From assembly GCA_965197745.1 (NCBI GenBank), contig CBDANS010000007.1, positions 288,001-352,000 of the forward strand: a stretch of DNA of 64,000 nucleotides, in the 5' to 3' direction. The notes beneath the pieces are model-generated. The model saw only the letters and a list, made by a program, of their open reading frames with translations, made no database searches and was not told where the DNA came from. The first letter of the stretch is position 1; the number at the start of each line of letters is the position of its first letter. The position numbers and the translations under genes were made by a program. The stretch comes from Opitutales bacterium (lineage in GTDB: Bacteria; Verrucomicrobiota; Verrucomicrobiia; Opitutales; PNEW01). Positions 59,619-64,000 of the stretch are shown in pieces.

Positions 59619-60806
59619 ATGGATACAGGTGTGGGCGATAAATCCAGTGTAAAAGAAGTGGGAGTCGGAATCATTGGCTGTGGGTCCCGTATTCAAAAGA
59701 TTTTTACCCAAGTACATAGTAAGCATCCGGAGATTAAATTGCTTGCCTTGAACGATCCCCATCAAGGGTCAATTGACTCTACCCGTGGGGCCTTTAATTC
59801 CGACGCTCAGGTAATTCAAGATTATCATCAGTTGGTAACCATTCCTGAAATAGAATGGGTCCTTATTGGCTCTTGGAATCGTTTTCATTGTGATCACGCA
59901 GTGGCCGCGCTTGAAGCCGGAAAACATGTGTTTTGCGAAAAACCTCTGGCCATAACATTGGAGCAATGCCTGAAAATGAGAGATACCTGGAAACAGAGCT
60001 CATGTCAGTTTTCAATTGGATTTGTTTTACGCTATTCGCCATTTTACCAGAATGTATTCAGGCTCATCCAAGAAGGTGCTATTGGAAAAATTGTATCTTT
60101 TGAATTTAATGAGACGATAGATTTCAATTTAGCTACTTTAATTCACGGAGGGTGGCGAAGACATCGGGAGAATGCCGGCACCTTCATTCTCGAAAAATGT
60201 TGTCATGATCTCGATCTCGCCAATTGGTTTACCGGCAGTTTGCCGGTGCGCGTCGCCAGTTTCGGCGGGCAGGATATTTTTCGGCCTGAAAACGATTACC
60301 TCGTCAAAAAAACAGGCCATGACTTGGATGGGCGACAAGCTTACACGCGAAAAGCAGGAGTAAATGACATTGCAGTTGAAAATCCCTTTACCACGGGAAA
60401 AAGCATAGTTGATAACCAGGTCGTTATCCTCGAATACGCAAACGGGGTGCGTGGCACCTTTCATACCAATTGCCAGGCGGGTATCCTGGAGCGCCGCTTT
60501 TATATCCTGGGCACGGAAGGCGCCATTCGTGCGGATATCATAAGCGGCCGTCTTGAAACTCAGCGTGTAGGATTTAACAAGGAGCGTGAAGTTATAGAAT
60601 ACCCCCACATGGAAGGCCATTATGGCGCCGATCAATACCTGGCGGAATGCGTTTCTCAATCTATATTAAATGGAGACAAGCCCATGGCTGGCATTGAAGA
60701 GGGTATTAATTCAGCTGTCGCGGCATTTGCCATTGATCAGGCTTTAGATGAAGGGTGTATCGTCGACTTATCATCACTTTGGGAAAAGGTGGGCCATAAG
60801 CTTTAA
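59619..60806 (+). CDS. Gfo/Idh/MocA family oxidoreductase
   Basis: GIIGCG, AGKHVFCEKP, GFVLRY, EKCCHDLD. Confidence 0.92.
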   Translation: MDTGVGDKSSVKEVGVGIIGCGSRIQKIFTQVHSKHPEIKLLALNDPHQGSIDSTRGAFNSDAQVIQDYHQLVTIPEIEWVLIGSWNRFHCDHAVAALEAGKHVFCEKPLAITLEQCLKMRDTWKQSSCQFSIGFVLRYSPFYQNVFRLIQEGAIGKIVSFEFNETIDFNLATLIHGGWRRHRENAGTFILEKCCHDLDLANWFTGSLPVRVASFGGQDIFRPENDYLVKKTGHDLDGRQAYTRKAGVNDIAVENPFTTGKSIVDNQVVILEYANGVRGTFHTNCQAGILERRFYILGTEGAIRADIISGRLETQRVGFNKEREVIEYPHMEGHYGADQYLAECVSQSILNGDKPMAGIEEGINSAVAAFAIDQALDEGCIVDLSSLWEKVGHKL

Positions 60807-60963
60807 GCCATTTGCTTCAGGCTATGGGGTGGGAGAAAGTTTGTAGAATTCATAAATTGAACGCTTCCTCATAAATGGCTGCATTATCCTAATCTCACAG
60901 CGGAATATCATGATGGAGATTGAATTGACAGATACATCATCGTTTAAGTTATTTTAAAACCCT

Positions 60964-62553
60964 ATGTCCCAAGATAAACAATATGTACTTATTAATGGTG
61001 AATGGCGCCAGTCCGCAGCCACTGAATATTTCCAAGCGAGTAACCCCGCGAAGAAGGAAAAAATCTCCGAACAATTCCCAGTCAGCCCGTGGCCGGAAAT
61101 AGAAGATGCGATAAACGCCAGCGCACAGGCATTTGCGCAACTGCGTGATTTTTCTCCCGAGGACATTGCCAGATTTCTCGAGAACTACGCAGATCGCATC
61201 GAGGCGAGAACCGATGAGATTGTCGCTAAAGCTGCCGAAGAAACAGGGTTGCCGCCTGAGCCTAGACTGAAGGGAATTGAGTTGCCCCGAACGACTAATC
61301 AGCTGCGCATGGCTGCCGTCGCGGCTCGCGACCGATCATGGAGTCAACCGACAATCGATTCTAATAATAATTTGCGTTCCATGTATCGGGCGATTGGCCC
61401 GGTGATTGTTTTCGGCCCCAATAATTTTCCCTTAGCTTTTAATGGTGTCTCGGGCGGAGATTTTGCCGCGGCCATCGCCGCAGGCAACCCGGTTATCGCT
61501 AAGGCCAATACTTCGCATCCCGGAACAACGAGGCCATTAGCCGAAGAAGCCCTGGGGGCAATTGAGGAAACAGGCATGCCATCCTCATTGATCCAACTTA
61601 TTTACCGCACGGACCATGAGGATGGTAAGCGGATGGTCTCCCATCCGCTTGTCGGCGCCACGGGTTATACCGGTTCACGAAAAGCCGGGCTCGCTTTAAA
61701 AGAAGGTGCGGACAAGGCGGGGAAACCTATATATCTCGAGTTGAGCAGTATCAACCCGGTGGTGATATTGCCCGGCGCTTTGAAAGAACGCGCTGGCGAA
61801 TTGGCTGATGAATTCGTGGGCTCAGTCTTGATGGGTGCCGGTCAATTCTGCACCAATCCGGGACTCGTTATTCTCCTCGAGGATGAAAACACGCAAGGAT
61901 TTATCAGCGATATCAGTAAGCGCTTCGAGGATGCACCCGTCGGTACGCTACTCGGCGAAGGGGTAGAAAATGCGCTTGTAGAAAGCATTCATGAGATTAG
62001 TGACGGAGCGGGTGCGAAGCTTTTGACAGGTGGTAGTCCGGGTAGTGGCACGGGTTATAGTTGTCAGAACACGTTGATGATGGTGGACGGATCAAAATTT
62101 ATCGAGGCCCCTGAAGATTTTCAGAAAGAAGCTTTTGGCAATGCCAGTCTTCTCGTGGTCACCTCCGGAAATGATGAGCTGAATAAAGTCCTCCTCTCCC
62201 TCGAGGGCAACCTCACCGGTTGTGTCTACAGTCATAATGGAGGTGAGGACGATGAACTCTATAAAATGGTTGAACCCGTATTGCGCAGTAAAGTAGGGCG
62301 CCTTCTTAATGATAAAATGCCCACCGGGGTTCTTGTTTCACCCGCTATGAATCATGGCGGTCCATTTCCCGCTACCGGGCACCCGGGCTTTACCGCCGTT
62401 GGGATACCAGCGTCCCTCGGTCGTTTTTCAGCCCTCCACTGTTATGACAAGGTGCGTCATGACCGTCTCCCTCCAGAGTTACAGAATAAAAATCCTACGG
62501 GTCAATTAATGCGGTCAATAGATGGTCAAGTGACTGCGAATGACGTAAGCTGA
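60964..62553 (+). CDS. NADP-dependent aldehyde dehydrogenase (2,5-dioxovalerate/KGSA dehydrogenase-like)
   Basis: FGPNNFPLAF, GGDFAAA, YTGS, ELSSINP, GQFCTNPG, PTGV...HGGPFPAT. Confidence 0.9.
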   Translation: MSQDKQYVLINGEWRQSAATEYFQASNPAKKEKISEQFPVSPWPEIEDAINASAQAFAQLRDFSPEDIARFLENYADRIEARTDEIVAKAAEETGLPPEPRLKGIELPRTTNQLRMAAVAARDRSWSQPTIDSNNNLRSMYRAIGPVIVFGPNNFPLAFNGVSGGDFAAAIAAGNPVIAKANTSHPGTTRPLAEEALGAIEETGMPSSLIQLIYRTDHEDGKRMVSHPLVGATGYTGSRKAGLALKEGADKAGKPIYLELSSINPVVILPGALKERAGELADEFVGSVLMGAGQFCTNPGLVILLEDENTQGFISDISKRFEDAPVGTLLGEGVENALVESIHEISDGAGAKLLTGGSPGSGTGYSCQNTLMMVDGSKFIEAPEDFQKEAFGNASLLVVTSGNDELNKVLLSLEGNLTGCVYSHNGGEDDELYKMVEPVLRSKVGRLLNDKMPTGVLVSPAMNHGGPFPATGHPGFTAVGIPASLGRFSALHCYDKVRHDRLPPELQNKNPTGQLMRSIDGQVTANDVS

Positions 62554-62587
62554 ATTTTTTGGCGAACAAATCGCAATCGTCGATAGA

Positions 62588-63208
62588 TTATTTAAGCCCG
62601 GCGACGTAGTCGGCGTGTGCTTTCTCACGCGCTTTGTTTGTTTTTGCATTAACTCCCTGGTAATTAAGGACAATCCCACGGCGATGACGATCGGTGGTGT
62701 TAGCGCCACTGCGATGAGGAGTCAGAATGTGATGAATCGAGGCGTCACCCCGTTTTAAGAGAGCGGGAAATTCAGGATATATTTCTAAATCGAGTTGAAC
62801 AGTGAGTCCCTTGCTGAATAAAGCCACGTTGGTTTCGTGGTGGGGCAGGTCGCCCTCTTTAAAACAGCCTCTGGAAAAGTATACTGCCCCGTTTTCAATT
62901 GTCGTATCATCCAAAGCTATCCATATCACAGCTCCATCTGCGGGTTCAAGATGAAGGTAGGCATTATCCTGATGGTAGGGTGCAGGAGTCCCCGTTTTTG
63001 CGGATTTATAAAATACTTCAGAAGCAAGAGCTTTAACCGGGGTTCCAAGACAGGTTTCCAACAAATCAAAATTTTCAGGGCGATCTATGAGGTCTTTATA
63101 GTGATCACTAAAATGATCGGGGGAATTGAGATGTTTTATGGGTCTATCGGGTCCCGATTCATAATAGACATAGTTTTCACTAAGGTGGGGGACTTCATCT
63201 TTAATTAT
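62588..63208 (-). pseudogene. PhyH family dioxygenase, 5'-truncated by IS1595
   Basis: PYHQD, WIALDD, ENGA, HRSGAN retained. The first 19 codons of ORF 62588-63265 lie within the IS end. Confidence 0.8.
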
Positions 63209-64000
63209 GGGAATTATATATTTATTGCCCCAAAAATAATAAATAGTGCTTGACTTTTGGGGCATATAGTGTAAATTATTCTTATGAATAAATCAAAATC
63301 CCCTACAACGATTTCAGTGTTTGAATTTTTTACCCGATTTCCTGATGAAGCAACGGCAGTAAAATTTGTTGAGGAACAGATATGGAAAGATGGTGTTCCA
63401 GTTTGCCCTCACTGTGGCGATAGAAACGCCAGTCCACGCCCAGCCAGAAATGGTCATCGTTGTAAATCCTGCAGGAAGGATTTTACAGTGAGGCATGGTA
63501 CAATATTTGAAAATTCGCGAGCTGGATTAAGAAAATGGATCTACGCTATCTATTTGATGCAAACCAGTCGCAAGGGAATCAGTAGCTTACAGTTGTCTAA
63601 AGAGGTGGGGATAACCCAAAAAACCGCATGGTTTATGATGCATAGAATCAGGGAAGCTTGTAATGGCAACGAAACTCCATTATATGGCATTGTTGAAATA
63701 GATGAAACCTATATAGGTGGAAAAGAAAAAAACAAGCATACCGGTAAAAAGACCGTGGGCACCCAAGGAAGAAGCAATAAAACCAAAGCGACTGTAGTCG
63801 GCCTACGTTCAAGGGACGGTAAAGTAAAGGCAGGGCCAGTGAATACTCTAACCACTGGAACTATGCAAACTATTATTGATAAGCATGTTAGAACTGATAG
63901 TGCTCTTTGCACAGATGAAGCCTTATTCTACAAAGGAATTAGAGGATATAATCGATTTTCGGTCAACCACGCCGCTGGTGAATACGTCAAGGGCATAGCC
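63209..64000 (+). mobile_element. IS1595-family insertion sequence, left part
   Basis: End GGGAATTATATATTTATTGCCCCAAAA preceded by the AT-rich 8-mer TTAATTAT, followed by the transposase gene. Confidence 0.88.
63284..64000 (+). CDS. IS1595-family transposase, partial
   Basis: Hand translation: MNKSKSP...FPDE...CPHCG...CKSCRKDFTV..GTIFENS...KGISSLQL...TQKTAWFMMHRIRE...VEIDETYIGGK; open to the window end. Confidence 0.95.
   Translation, partial: MNKSKSPTTISVFEFFTRFPDEATAVKFVEEQIWKDGVPVCPHCGDRNASPRPARNGHRCKSCRKDFTVRHGTIFENSRAGLRKWIYAIYLMQTSRKGISSLQLSKEVGITQKTAWFMMHRIREACNGNETPLYGIVEIDETYIGGKEKNKHTGKKTVGTQGRSNKTKATVVGLRSRDGKVKAGPVNTLTTGTMQTIIDKHVRTDSALCTDEALFYKGIRGYNRFSVNHAAGEYVKGIA

Noticed and set aside
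394..63912. Numerous short ORFs overlapping or antisense to confident genes
   Set aside because: Shadow ORFs with no family motifs, nested within well-supported CDSs.

Overview
A mostly coding, roughly 45% GC bacterial chromosome segment, most likely Verrucomicrobiota (Opitutales-like). This is inferred from the PEP-CTERM genes, the Trp-rich secreted-protein domains and the intergenic repeat types. Housekeeping genes are gcvT/gcvH, lgt, gltBD, tenA, metE, guaB, menCE and a tesA-ybbA-ybbP-type locus, mixed with many sugar/acid catabolic enzymes. Highlights: (1) a RiPP-like operon at 2.6-7.7 kb encoding a PqqD/RRE protein whose own C-terminal tail resembles a lasso-type leader plus core, an HPr-kinase-like kinase, two GT2 glycosyltransferases, an NTP_transf_5-type nucleotidyltransferase and an NAD-dependent epimerase, with no lasso cyclase or peptidase; (2) three tandem PEP-CTERM paralogues that each carry a different single lesion (+2 nt, -10 nt, TGG>TGA before the Arg tail); (3) a secreted CxxC redox cluster (DUF4266, TlpA-DUF3570, TlpA, frameshifted DUF3179) sharing a mobile Trp-rich domain; (4) a cstA / CC-terminal peptide / Cys-free ArsA ATPase triad; (5) an IS1-like cargo element in a DUF4336 gene whose right part looks like a consensus chimera; (6) two tandem copies of a structured, covarying intergenic RNA-like motif at 54.1-54.5 kb; (7) an IS1595 element truncating a PhyH gene at the right edge. 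No rRNA, tRNA or CRISPR array was seen. All family calls are motif recognition by eye, not database searches.
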